From contig JALMLS010000076.1 of the NCBI GenBank assembly GCA_038496445.1, positions 124,001 through 188,000 of the forward strand: a DNA stretch of 64,000 nt, in the 5' to 3' direction. A model generated the notes under the pieces. It searched no databases, was not told the origin of the DNA, and was given only the letters and a program-made list of their open reading frames with translations. Below are positions 1 through 12,459 of this stretch, in pieces. The stretch is from Trichosphaerium sp. ATCC 40318 (Eukaryota > Protista > Tubulinea). How positions within the stretch are numbered: the first letter of the stretch is position 1; each line of letters opens with the position of its first letter. A program made the position numbers and the translations under genes.

Positions 1-286
1 CTCTTTGGCATAAATGAAGTTCATTTGATGAGCTGCCGTATTAAAGATGAAAGCATTAAGTATTTGACAGGTGCAAAGGTTGTCAATTTTTTCAATACAA
101 ACATAACAGACGAAGGGATTAAACATCTTCATTCAGCTACAGCTACGTCTTTCATATACAAATATTACTGATGAGGGTATCAAGCATTTGAAATCAGTTG
201 TGCGTCTTTATATTATTGGATGCAACATATCAAAAGATTGCACTGATTCATTGCCTAATCTTAAGTATTGTTTACGTTCCAAATAA
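1..286 (+). CDS. 3' end of an intronless leucine-rich-repeat protein (similar in style to the F-box/LRR genes at 39.9 kb and 61.4 kb), with a frameshift near 139
   Basis: Frame 1 reads ...IKDESIKYLTGAKVVNFFNTNITDEGIKHLHSA. After a 2-nt deficit at gctacagcta it continues QLRLSYTNITDEGIKHLKSVVRLYIIGCNISKDC...RSK* (TAA 284-286). LRR periodicity is 21 aa. Confidence 0.8.
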
Positions 287-783
287 ACCTTCATTTACTA
301 GGTTATGGCAAAAACAATATTTGAAAAAAATCACATGTTGCACTTTATTACAGGATTTACGTTTCAAATTTGTAGTAAGTTTTAGCAAAATTCAGAACCC
401 TTTTTCAGAATCTACAAGCAATATAAAAAGTGGTTATACTTTTCGTTAGCTGCAAACTCATAAAATTTTGCAATTGTTGAAATTATCACTTCTCCATAGC
501 ATCACTAAAATCAAACAAGATTGTGTTTTAAACCAAATACATTTGTCATTCAAAACGCTACATTTTTGTAAGATCCAAAAAGGAGCTATTTTTCAGGAAA
601 GTGAATTGTTTATATATAAATTTCAATGATTCATGGCGGCACTGGTAGGTATCTAATGCAAGGCATCAGCAAAGTAACTCCTTAATTATAGCACTGAGAG
701 TTCAAGCTTATACCATGTAAAGGAAAAATAACAACAAAAAGCAAACAAGGAGACAAGGTTGAGCGTAAAAAAAATGGGAATGT

Positions 784-2081
784 TTATTCTTCTTTTATTT
801 CTTCGATCCTAGGTCCGTCCCGCCTATTATATTTTTAATGCTGTCTAAATTTACGTGTGCCAACTCAATAAAAGAAACTTTCAAGCTTTTTTTGTGGGTG
901 AACCAAAAAAGAAAAACTGTTTGTACAAAAAAAAAAATAAAAAAAATCGAGTTGGCACACTGTTATGTACCTTACGTTGCCTCTAGCTCCTCCTTGAGCT
1001 TGTCCTTGACCTTGTGGTGCAGCTTGTCCGCCAACACCGGCAAAGTTTTGAATCAAACGTGGTACTAAAAGAAAGAATAAATCTCAACGCAAAAAAATAA
1101 TAATTTAAGGTTCTCAGTTCCGTTATAACAAAAAACTCCTCTGTGGTCTTAAAAATTATGTATTATGGTAAAAATACGACCAAACAATTATTGACGAAAG
1201 CGAAAAAGTCAGGTCTAGCAGCGAGAAAACTTCTTTTTTAAAAGCAGTGAATATAAAGAGAAATATGATCGTACCCATAATAGCAAGACCCATCATGATT
1301 GCCATACCGTATTTAGACCAGAAAGTCTGTGGTGGTTTGTAAACACGCTTTATAGCTGCTACAGAGACGATTCCCTGATGAAAAGACAAGTCAGAAATTG
1401 TGTTAACAAAAGGGTAAAAAATTTTACAAAACAATTTGTTTGCGCTTACCTCTGCGTTGTGGATAGATACAGTAAGGGAAATAGGAGATGTGATGTACAT
1501 GGTGTATGTACCTGGTGTACCAGCAAGGTCAGATTCGAAAGCACCTTGGGAAACCATTGCGCCCTTAGACAGAAAGCGGTAAGTAAAAAGGACTGATGGA
1601 GTTTTTTTTGTACTTTTGATCTGTTAAAGAAATCAAACGAGAAAAGCTTTTTAAGATCAGCTTCAGCGTCGTCGGCAATGTCGGCATAGTAGACAGCACC
1701 GTTTGAGTTAGATTCAAATTCCCTACGCTGGTGATGAGTCATATTTACAAAAACATAGTGATTTAGATCTATGGCTCTTGAGAGGCAATCATGACGTACA
1801 TGTTGATGGCGTATTCAAGGTCATTTTCAAAGTCAGTATATTCTGCTTTTAGGTCGCCGGCGTCGTTTGTTACGTTCATAAATACGCGTACGACATCACC
1901 TTCGGTTGCGTATTCCTCACTTTTACTAGTTTTTGAAATCTCTAAATCCCACTCTCTGTAGTACTATCATCAGCGTATAATACTGTTAAATTATATTATT
2001 GACGTACCCAACTAATAAGCCGCGTACATCTTGTCCAGCTACCAAGCCAATTACGCACAGAACTAATAAAAAGCGAAACAT
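784..2081 (-). CDS. Type I membrane protein of unknown function: signal peptide, lumenal domain, EMC10-like juxtamembrane segment, Gly/Gln-rich tail
   Basis: Seven exons splice in frame: MFRFLLVLCVIGLVAGQD...KPPQTFWSKYGMAIMMGLAIMVPRLIQNFAGVGGQAAPQGQGQAQGGARGNVRRDGPRIEEIKEE*. The FWSKYG+TM segment resembles the EMC10 C-terminus (weak). Confidence 0.7.
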
Positions 2082-2180
2082 TGTTGTGGTCGGGTTAACT
2101 ATTCACCACGTTGCTTTTGCAAAAAATTAATGAGAAGAAAGTCACCTAGTTTCAAGAATCTCTCTTGGGCGCCGTACAAC
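2082..2180. promoter_or_regulatory. Very short (99 bp) divergent promoter region
   Basis: Head-to-head ATGs at 2081 (-) and 2181 (+), both preceded by ACAAC-type context. Confidence 0.55.
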
Positions 2181-3288
2181 ATGGATCCAGGCACGATTTT
2201 GAAGGTGTACAACGTTAATGACCCATTTTGGTAGATGTATACGATGATTTAGCCGACTATGCGATTGATGATATTTATAAAGACCTACAAGGCAGCCCTA
2301 AGAAGGACTTGCCGCCTGCAGATATGGTACGTTGACATATTAATCGTTTCTGACAAAAACAGTTGTATGACCAACTACAAGAAGCTACAAAGGACCTGAA
2401 ACAAGCTAAAGAAGAGAATAAACTTCTACGCAGCAAAAACAAACTACAAGAAGAAGAGGTACGCTACAAAAATTACCAGACGCTCAATAAGCGTAACTAC
2501 ATAGCTTTCGTTCTCACAAGGTAGTAGCTGGCGTTGTTTCAGGAGAGACACGGCATTTTAACTCAAAACATGGCAGATTTATACGTAACGGCCAGGGCAC
2601 AAATTAATGCGTACGGCAGAGTCATTTAAAAAGCTTTTTACAACGTTTCAATGAAAAAATCAGTGGCGCGAAATAAAAGTTTTGAATCTCTGATGGCGGT
2701 ATCTTGCAACTTCTAAAACAACTCTAGATTAGATAAAAAAATGAAAGGACTCATTGCAGAGCTTGTTGAGGCAAAGTACGCAATACCAATCCACAGAATC
2801 AGTATTCTTTGTGCAAGTCTAACAAATTTTTTACTCGCAGAAAAATGAAAGAAGTTCGTGATCCACGCTTCGCTTTTGGTAAAAACAATCAAAAGAATGG
2901 CCGTAATAATATTCAACGTGGTGACAAGAATAATGTCGAAGATAAATCACGTGATCTTAAGCGTGGTCAAGGTGATCTGAAGAGAAAACGAGAAGAAAAA
3001 GATGATGACTTTCAAAGACGACAGAAACATCCTAGAGTAGACGAACAACATACTCACGCACGGAGAACGAGTCCTAAGAGGGAAAACAGTAGAGATAGTC
3101 ACCGAGATACATCACAACATAGAAGACAGTCACCTCCTCGACAGCGTGGATCACAAGATGGAGGTAGGAGATCTCCTGAAAGGTATCCAAGGAGACAAGG
3201 TGATAGAGGGCCAAGACGTTCACGGTCTCCTCCTAGAAACAGAAATGATTATGATAGGAGGCCGAATAATAATAGGTATCGCCGGTAG
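2181..3288 (+). CDS. FLASH/CASP8AP2-like coiled-coil protein with an Arg/Ser/Asp-rich nuclear tail
   Basis: Spliced product MDPDVYDDLADY...LYDQLQEATKDLKQAKEENKLLRSK...HGILTQNMADLYVTARAQINALDKKM. ILxxN..L..TAR..I matches the FLASH N-terminal coiled coil. The last exon has RRSRSPPR. The first intron is GC-AG (2191). Confidence 0.6.
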
Positions 3289-3555
3289 CATGCAGGGTAC
3301 AACTTTCAATTATAAGAATTGTTGGATTCGACTATTTGTACAAAAAACAAAAACTACAATTCGCTTCTCAACTACCACTATCTTTGTGTATCAACTATTT
3401 TGATATTCCTCAAGTGGTACACACAAGATTGTTTGTAATATAAACCCAAAACTAATAAATCAGGGGTTGTTAGAAACGAACAAAAGCAGAGATTTTTGCA
3501 AGGGTTTTTTTTTATGGCCTGCGGAACTTTTCATACTTCACCAAGGTGTCTGTCA

Positions 3556-4060
3556 TTACTTTTTCTGACTGTTGGCAAGAAACTTGCTAAGTTTGTGATT
3601 CATATCAACAGCTGTTCTATGTCCACAGCATCTACATCTGAGTTCAAGCTAGATTTAGCGTCAGCAAATGAACATAAATTAATCTTCTTGGACGTACTTG
3701 TCGTCTCTTATAAACTAGGGTAGTTTCTGGATACTCACATGATCCACACAGTACAAACTTGACAATGAACTTATCAAGAAGCAGTGCTAGTTTACGGCGA
3801 GATTGTTGTCCTCTAAGGGTGAACAAGATGTTTTTCTCATCACATGAAGTTCGTGTATTTAGTTCTATTGAAAAAAACTTCATTATCTGCTTTGGTGTTC
3901 TTTCCAGCGCAGATGCAACTTCTTTAAGGTTGTCAATACAAGTAGTAGATCCACTTTTAGATATAATCCTTATTTTCAACCCCGGCATCATGTAACGATA
4001 GAAAGGATCGTACACGACACGCTGGGATGGAGGGATTGGTATTTTCTTTGTAGTTGTCAT
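3556..4060 (-). CDS. Stand-alone eIF5/eIF2-beta N-terminal domain protein (about 150 aa)
   Basis: YDPFYRYMMP, NLKEVASALERTP..IMKFFSIEL, LLDKFIVKFVLCGSCEYPET, then an intron (~3650-3697) and LELRCRCCGHRTAVDMNHKLSKFLANSQKK*. The C4 zinc ribbon is intact; there is no W2/HEAT domain. Confidence 0.85.
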
Positions 4061-5797
4061 TTTGCATAGCCGGCATAAGGTGGTTGTGTTGTTTGAGGTT
4101 TGGTTAGAACAAAAGAATTGTGAAAACTTCGCTTCTATGAAACGGAGCAAGCATGAGAAAAGAAGCGGAAAACGCCACTTGGCTTTCGCTTTATCAGTGA
4201 AATCCTAGTAAGTTTCAGCACCAACAATAACAAAGTGTATAAACACATACAAAGACGTTACTTCGAGCGTAGGCGATAATTGGCCAATAGGCACTGGCAA
4301 CGTCAAAATCATTTTGTCATTTTCGGCCTTAAATTAATCAGTCAAATCTAGCTGGTTTAAGCCCTTGTAAATGAGATGGGAAGGCCTTTCGAGCATTGAT
4401 ACATTATCCTTCACCAACTAAGATTACCAGCAGAGCCCATGCTAGCACATCTAACTTTGCTATCTTTTATTAGATTGCCATTTCTGTCTGAAAGATCCCT
4501 CTGCAGCCCTAAACGTATATAGATTTTTGCGGCTTTGAAACTTGGACAGTACTACAGTACGACAATAGAGACAACTTTGTTCCATAGGTTACAAAATATG
4601 GCAACAATACGGAGTTCGCTCAGTAGCACATTCCTTCTTCTATACCTCACTCTAAACTTTCACCTTCACAGAAAGATGCTACTACACCATCAATGTGTTA
4701 CTTTACTATCTACATAGCTTTAGTAGTTCTGTTTAAGACTAGATACACAGGTTTGTTCTAGTATGGGTAGAATCACTTTTTTCCGGTTGTTGAGTGACTT
4801 CGTTTCGTGCAATATCAGCTTAGCTAACCTTCATGTCAAAGGAACATACTCCGCACTCGCATCTAATTTTAGGTTACATTCTACGGAGATATAAAGCACT
4901 GTTTTTAGCACGTGCTGTTTACAACTTAATTTTGATAAAATTGTTTGACAAATGTTTGATACATTTTACTACGTGTAGAATTATGGCTTATTTCGCGTGT
5001 TTGTTGAATAGCGGAGCGTAATAGAGCCTTACAGTCCACAATAGAGGTATACAAACACTAAAAAAAACCAAGGCAGAAGTACCAAACTTTGTCTCGCCGT
5101 ACATGACTTATTTCTGTTCTAGCGGCTACTAAAATAACGAGAAAAATACCATCAAATGTTTGAGTACAGAGATAAAGTTATGCTAAATTGACACGCGTCA
5201 GTACCACGTTCAACACTTTTCAACTCAAAAAAAGAACGAATAAATCTCATCACGTGATGTCCAATTTTGCTCGTGAACGAGCCAGCACGGCGTATGTTAA
5301 GGAACGTAAACTGTCTGGCTTATACGGTCTTAGCACAAGCTGGCGGAACCTTGTACCCTAGAGTTTAAGATGGAATACTTTGGGTTTTGCCTAAGAAACT
5401 ACCAGAACACAAAAGACACTCGTACACACATGTGCGTATACATCCGAAGTACTTGCAGCCACCAGCGCACTTTCACCGGAGTGAGATAGGAACGCGGAAA
5501 CAAAAGTATCGAAGGCCGATTATGGTCTAGTATTGTCAAACGGAAGTTCCTCTTTTGCTTCGCACCCAAGGTCAAAGATTACAGAATCTTCATTGACAAT
5601 AGGCTTGACAAGAACTTTTTACCTTTTACTCATACAATAGGCTTTGTGGTTAAAAATACAATTGATAATGATAGTAAACGTGCACAACTTTGTTAAAATC
5701 TGGCTTATCACACTTAAGATTTTAAAACAAAATTAGTGTACTGTAGACACTTCCTCAATATCTGCAGATCTGCCAAAAATAACATACATAACAAACA

Positions 5798-8248
5798 ATG
5801 GCAACGTATCCATTTGACAATAAAAGATCAAGTACAATACTGTATACTATCGTAATTGTCTCTTTAATAGGTACGAACTTTTACTATTCGGTTTCCCTTG
5901 TTGTTGGCCTTTGTTTTTTCTTTTTTCCGAAGTGTGGGCCTTTGTTAGAGATTGAAACATTATATACCTTTTCTTTCGAGTACGGAGAGTATATACACGA
6001 TAGGTAGACGCGTTGAGACTCGTTTTGACGCGACTACACTGTCCTAGCGCTACCAACTTGCGAAATTTCGTCAAACGTCCAAAAAACGATCTATATCACG
6101 TGATACATGTATTTGATGACGTTTCAAATCGTTTCTATCGCTTTTCGTAGCTTACATATCTCGCTAAAAGACCGAGATATTCCTCACTTCAAAAAAATGT
6201 CAAAGGAGCTTCAAAACAACTCATCTCTATTTTTTTAAAAACGTGGAAAGTCTGTTCAACATATCGTTGTTCATGGAACACGTGTTTTGTTGTGCATTTA
6301 CAGAATCATAAAGTCTTTCTATTTTGATACACAAACATTACCTACATTGTAGACTTACTTGTATTTAATAGCACAAGCCATTTGCGCATATCCTGAATGT
6401 TCGGGGAACACACAGTGCACATCAACATGCAGTGCAGCCGGAAAATGTCTCGGCAATTCAAAGTACAGCAGATGCTATTGGTGTGGTGTTCGTAAAACCG
6501 GTGAAAACCCATGTAAGAATGGCGGTGTATGTATTGGATGCTCCGACGATGAAGTATGCATGTGTCGGGCGGGATACGGAGGCCGCTTTTGTGAGATAGC
6601 TTTGGTACGCCATGAGCAACAATTTGTTTTTTTGAATTGACAAAAAATGCATCAACATTTTCTTGACTTACACTTTGAATAGACTGGTGGTATACAAACT
6701 GAACACCCTACAACACTTCCACCAATGACTCTACCGCCCACAACACCTTATCCTACTTCAAGACCGCCAACAATGCGTCCTACAACATTACCTCCAACGA
6801 CAGAGCCGCCAACAATGGTGCCTACAACAAAGGCTCCTACAACACGTTCTCCCACAACACGTCCGCCTACGAAACAGCCAACTACCGCACCTCCGACTAC
6901 AGAGGCACCAACTATGCCAACACCACCTACAACGTCCGCACCAACAAAGGCTCCAACAACAAAGCCACCAACAACTAAGCCTCCAACTAAAGCGCCAACA
7001 ACTAAGCCGCCAACAACCAAACCTCCAACAACTAAACCTCCAACACGGCCACCTACAACCAAACCACCAACAACTAAGCCTCCAACGACCAAAGCGCCAA
7101 CAACAAAGCCACCAACAACTAAGCCTCCAACTAAAGCGCCAACAACTAAGCCACCAACAACCAAACCCCCAACAACTAAACCACCTACAACCAAAGCACC
7201 AACAACGCGCTCGCCAACAACCAAAGCACCAACTAAAGCGCCAACAACAAAGCCACCAACAACCAAGCCTCCAACCTTAGCACCTACTCAGCCACCTACA
7301 ATAGCACCAACACCATTACCAACAGAGACGCCTGATCCGGATGTTGATGAAGGAAGTCAATGCGCTACAAGCGTACCGGATAATCTATCTAAACAAGAGG
7401 AAGTTCGCTTTAGAACAAATATGTACAGATGTCAGCACGGTCTCAAGGAACTAACAATGAACGACAAACTAACACAAGCAGCCTATATGCACGCAAAGGA
7501 TATGGCTGAGAACGAGTTCTTTAATCATAAGAATTTAGACGGTAAAACACCTGCTGATCGCGTTCAAGATGCAGGATATAGGCAATTAGGCGTCGGAGAA
7601 AATATTGCTGCAGGGTACGCTCAACAAGAGAAAAAACACAAAACCAGTAAAAATCGTGATTTTGTACTGAACTTTTCTCAAACGAAAAAGACTTTTGTTT
7701 TATCACGTGATTTGTTGGAACTTTTCTATCGGGCTTTTTTTTTGGAATCGTAATGATCGTTTGTGTTGATTATTTTTTTAGGTTTCCTACTGCACAGTCT
7801 GTTTTAAGAGGTTGGGAAGCATCGAGTGGTCATAGAGCGAATCTTCTTAATGATTACTGTAAGTAAAGAAAACAACTTTTATCAAAAAATCACAAAAGAA
7901 AAAGACAGAAGTTTTTTTTGTTCTACTTTCTGACCTCAACAATCGAGATTTTTTGTACTTTTACTATACCATTGTTTTACGTGGAATGGCATAAGATGCC
8001 GATCCCTTTCCCAATTATTTTGACAATAAATCGAGAGCGTACTCATTCTTTTTCTAGTCGAAGAAATCGGTGTCGGTTATTACGAGGACATGTACTCTCC
8101 TTACAGATACTACTGGGTCCAAGTATTCGCTCTACCGAACAAACTCAAGCGAAGCATCGGCGAAGAAGAAATTTCTTATGTGGTAGTTTCTCATGGCGTA
8201 ACTGCTGACTCTCAAACGTCAAGTATATCCTACTTCCCAACTGTGTAA
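5798..8248 (+). CDS. Secreted EGF-like + Pro/Thr mucin stalk + CAP (SCP/PR-1) domain protein
   Basis: The signal peptide spans intron 5871-6371 (TILYTIVIVSLIAQAICA). EGF: PCKNGGVC...CMCRAGYGGRFCE. CAP motifs: TNMYRCQHGL, AAYMHAKDMAENEFFNH, GENIAAG, WEASSGHRANLL, EIGVGY..YWVQVF. Stop at 8246-8248. Confidence 0.88.
6700..7330 (+). repeat. Coding tandem repeat, mainly 15-bp (PPTTK/APTTK) and 12-bp units
   Basis: About 40 imperfect units such as ccaccaacaactaag, with synonymous third-position variation. Confidence 0.95.
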
Positions 8249-8591
8249 ATAATGATTGAGGAAAATTTTTCAAAAAAAAAAACCAAAACGAGTTATCGGC
8301 AAAACCAGTAATACCCTTGTATAATAATACCCAAAGAACTTGCTTCGACGTAAAATAAACTCCAAAAGTATCTCACCTCAGTAGATTAGCAGTCAATTAG
8401 TTTTTACGGATGTCCTCAACTTGTAACTGCAACAAATCCGTCTTTACTACGAACTACAAGCATCTGGGTAGCCGTTAGACTACTCAATAAATTACCTCAT
8501 TATGCTAGTTCAAGGGCGCAAGAAAAGCGTATAACAGCAGTGGAGAACGAATACTTGGATATCCGGAAAATACGAGTGTGTGCTTTATTTT

Positions 8592-11500
8592 TTACAGTAC
8601 TTCAACGAACTTGGTAAATGATGTCCAAGTGTTGGTGTCCAACATCTTCAAATACTTTTGTGCTTTCATAAGTACAGGCTGTCTCATTGGTGCTGTTGGT
8701 ACGTCTTCGGAATCTATTTCGTATATTTTTTGCCCTGTTATCTGTGTGACAACTTCTTCGAGTTCTTTGATTTCTTCATTGTTTTTCCCATACCCTCTAT
8801 AAAACCACTCTATCTAAAACCATGGTAAAAAACCAAGTGAAATAAGTAAGTGTACCGTATTGATATGAGCACAATTTCTTTCAATCTGTTTGAGTGTCAC
8901 TGCAGTGATGGCAGTACATCGTAGACTCAAAAACACTACAGACGGGAATGGAAATTGGTCAAAAGGACCAATGAATGACCTGTCATCAAGTTTTTTGTTG
9001 TCACCGAGTAATAGTGTTTTGAGATTCGCCATAGGTTCAGCACCCCAACTGATTGTATCAAGATTTTTTGAAGAAGACAAAGATAGAAAGCACAATTGGG
9101 GTGTCTTCAGCCTCACATGTCTTGAATCGATACGCATCAATTCTTCATTGTGTTAGTGGGGTTTGTTGTAAATACGTACTCAATGTTTTGAGACTAGTAC
9201 TGGAAATGTACATGTCATATCCACAATCAATGTTATGAACAATAAATGTTTCAAGTTTTGGTAGCTTTTCGATTGCTAGGGAATGGAAGGTCGAAATTTT
9301 GTTCATCTCAAGGTGTGAAATATTCCTTGTTCTCTCTGATAAACTTGGAAAAAGAGATTCTTCAATGTACAACTCTCGCTAATTAATCCAATGTTAGACT
9401 TCATAATATATAAATTGTTAAAAACATTGACTCACCAATGAAGGGCAATCTACAGTTATGGCATCTTTTAGTGCTTGTTTTCCATTGCTTTTTTTTTTTT
9501 GCACATACTCAAGTGTATCATGTGATAGTGTTACAATCTCATCGCTGTTATGAAGTTTACCATAGAAAGAGAGGTATTTCACTGTTGAAAAGTTTTTTAT
9601 GTTACAAACACCTGTGCCGTCCATTAATGAAATAGCTGTTAATGACAATAATGGTGCAACTAGAGGTTTGCCATCTATAACCAGTGAATGTAAGTGTACA
9701 CTCTTAAGTGATGGTGATAGCAATTTGTAAACATCAATTTTGTTTGTTGGTTTCTTGTCATAGTCATCCAAAAAAAACGTATAATAATATGGACTGTGTG
9801 TAGGATTACGTGTAAATGAACCTGCTTGTAGCTCTGGATAATGTACATCCAAATTTTGTTGCAAATGCACTTGTTTGAGATGTGGTGTGTCAAGCTTTTT
9901 CTAAACACAAGAATTAGATAGTGAGACATATATTATTTGACATACAAGCTCTGGATTATAGTCACAGTCAAACACCTCAAGTGTTTTCGATTCAATGCAT
10001 TCTGGTATTGTACTTTTCTTTACTTGTAATACTTTAACATGTTTCATAAGCTCAGGAAATGCCTGTGAAAATAACTGGTTAAAACTGGTGTACAAATATT
10101 ATTACACCGAATGATTTTTTATGACTCACTTGTACCAACGTTTTGCTGTTAATGTTTTTCAGAGATAGTACAGTCAGATTAGGTACTACAAACTGTGATA
10201 TTGTGGCACCATCACATGCAGAGACTTTTAATGCACTATTCATAAGATTAAAGAGCAGTAGTCAAGGGTACTTACGTTACTTCTAGTAGAATCAATTTAT
10301 AACCATTTCGAGCCCTGTCATTGAGATATAGTTGAAGTGTTTTTAGTTTTGTCATCTTTTGGAAGGTGGCTAGCATCGATGTCTGACTTACTTGCATATA
10401 CTTCGAATCTACTTCCAAGTGAGTCAACCTTTGTGTTTGGTTAGTTCATGAGATATTAATTAAGTTCCAATTACTTACTCCTTCAAAGCAAGTTTTCTAA
10501 AAATGTCCTTGTTTTTGGTTGTTATGTTGCACACTAAACGTCTCAAACGTTGTAATTGTCTTTCGAAAACAGTTAGGCATGGGTTGATATAAATTATTGT
10601 AATATTATTCATAAAAACTGTACTCTTTGCTATATTCGAGAAGCTTTTCACCTGCGCAAGCAGCTTCGACATAGTGCAGTGTAAGATATATTATCGGGCA
10701 CTTGGACATTACTTCATCCAACCAACCCCACTCAAAAAAAGTCAGCATGCATCTAGTAGATGCTTCTTGTAGGTTACCTTCAAATTCAATCCATCAATTG
10801 TCTAGATTCATGTTTAGAAGATAACTTAATGCGCTAGCAAGTAAAACACAATTGATATTCTTAGTTTAATTTTATGAGTACCAGTGACTGAAGATTTTTA
10901 AAGTGCTTTGCCAGTTTGCTCAATTCTTTCAAAAAACGTTTATCATATTTATATTGTAGAATTATACGCAATCTATTAATAGATTGTTTGTTTGTAATTT
11001 TATCGAAAGGGTTTTTCACTCTATTTATGCGACCTGGTACTATTTATTGTTAAAATGTGTCAAAACAAACAGAATGCGTACTTGAAATAGTAGCAGCTTT
11101 AACAAGGAATCTTTTGTATATATCAAGCCAGTATTGGCATGTTAATTTGCATGTCTCATGATCGTCAATTGTCAGGAAGTTTAATATGTGTACAAGCAAT
11201 TCTATTGGTACTGTGTCATTTACCTTGACGAAGAAAAGTAAGTTTGTGTAATGAATAAAGAACGTACATATGATGTGTTTGTACTTTGAACAGCATCCCA
11301 TTTTCTCTTGCTAGACGGCTGGTCTTTATTTATTTTCAATGTAGTTATACTTCTGGAATTATGGTGTCTCTTTGTTGGCGATTGTTGAGTGTCTGGTACT
11401 AACGATGTGAATGTATCTGGTACAAGTAGGTCTGGTATCTTCTCCGGTTCATTGGTATGTGATGCTTTATGCTTTACGATTTGCTTCTACAAAAGTTGTT

Positions 11501-11912
11501 ACCATGACAGCTATTTTCAAAGTGCACGTGATCAGTTTCACAAAGTTGTGCCCACAAAAAGCTTTCCAAATAATTTTACGCACTGGTTGTATGCTAAAGA
11601 CCTGCGTTTGCTTCGAATAAAGTACATCATGCAGTTTTGCGATTTCGAGCTCAAGAGCCACATGCAACGCTAGTGTAGTTTTAAAAAAAAGCTCTGTAAG
11701 TGTTTTTAGTCGTACTGGCACTAATCGACATTGTTTCGCTTATTTTCCTGCTTGTTAACGCCATTAATTGTTTTCCGTTTAATTTAAGCCTCCTATTTGT
11801 TATGAGTACATCGTAAAACGTTATTCACGTGCATTGCTTCATTTGAGATTTCTCCAAGACCAACGTGTTCTAGCCACCCGCATACCTCTTCGGTGGTCCA
11901 ATACCTATCCAT
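8592..11912 (-). CDS. SAM - F-box - LRR protein, copy 1 (apparent 1-nt frameshifts in homopolymers)
   Basis: Exons 1-3 give a SAM domain (MDRYWTTEEVCGWLEHVGLGEIS...LNGKQLMALT...LEIAKL). F-box: VPIELLVHILNFLTIDDHETCKLTCQYW. LRR-like units include PKLETFIV, PQLCFLSLSSSKNL and NLKTLLLGDNKKL. The product ends TKFVEVL*. Confidence 0.75.
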
Positions 11913-12459
11913 TTTTATGTCGCTGGAGATGCAGTCACTGGGTTTGACGTTGGGCCAGAATTCCTAAAACTTTTGTGGCTGTACAAACGTTTGAGATTAA
12001 GGGTGCCTTAACGTACAAGTCACCAATCTAGAGGCATAAGCAATAGACGAGAGGGTCCCACATGGTTGTGGGCCTTGGAATGCTTTGAGACCAAGCTCCA
12101 GCCAAGAGATAGGCTATCCCCAATCTGGGTTGTTGTAGGAGCCAATGGAACGATAGGGTATAACACTTTACAGAAATAAGATACTAGGAGTTATTCTCAA
12201 AATGCCATTCATCCTATACTGATGCTACAACTTAACTGCAACGAATCCTTCTTTACTAGCTGCATCTGGACTGCTATAGAAGATTGCCATACAGCATACT
12301 AAAGTTCCTCTTCTTGCTAAAACAGGTCCAAGACGCTGATGCGGTAAAAAGTACTGGAGAATGCATTAAGAGTCCGTCTTGGTTATCCAGAAAATACTAG
12401 TTGTTCACTTTTATTTTTTACACGTTCATGCTTTAAGTGATGCTTGCTTTGCTACAAGT

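Noticed and set aside
5806-5815. U12-type donor (GTATCC)
   Set aside because: Lies inside the signal-peptide exon and lacks the full GTATCCTT and a U12 branch site.
6748-7266. 172-aa Val/Gly-rich ORF on the minus strand
   Set aside because: Antisense shadow of the PPTTK repeat.
11570-11915. Conserved non-coding element or MITE repeated at 15500-15840
   Set aside because: It resolves into three coding exons of a SAM domain and has no terminal inverted repeats.
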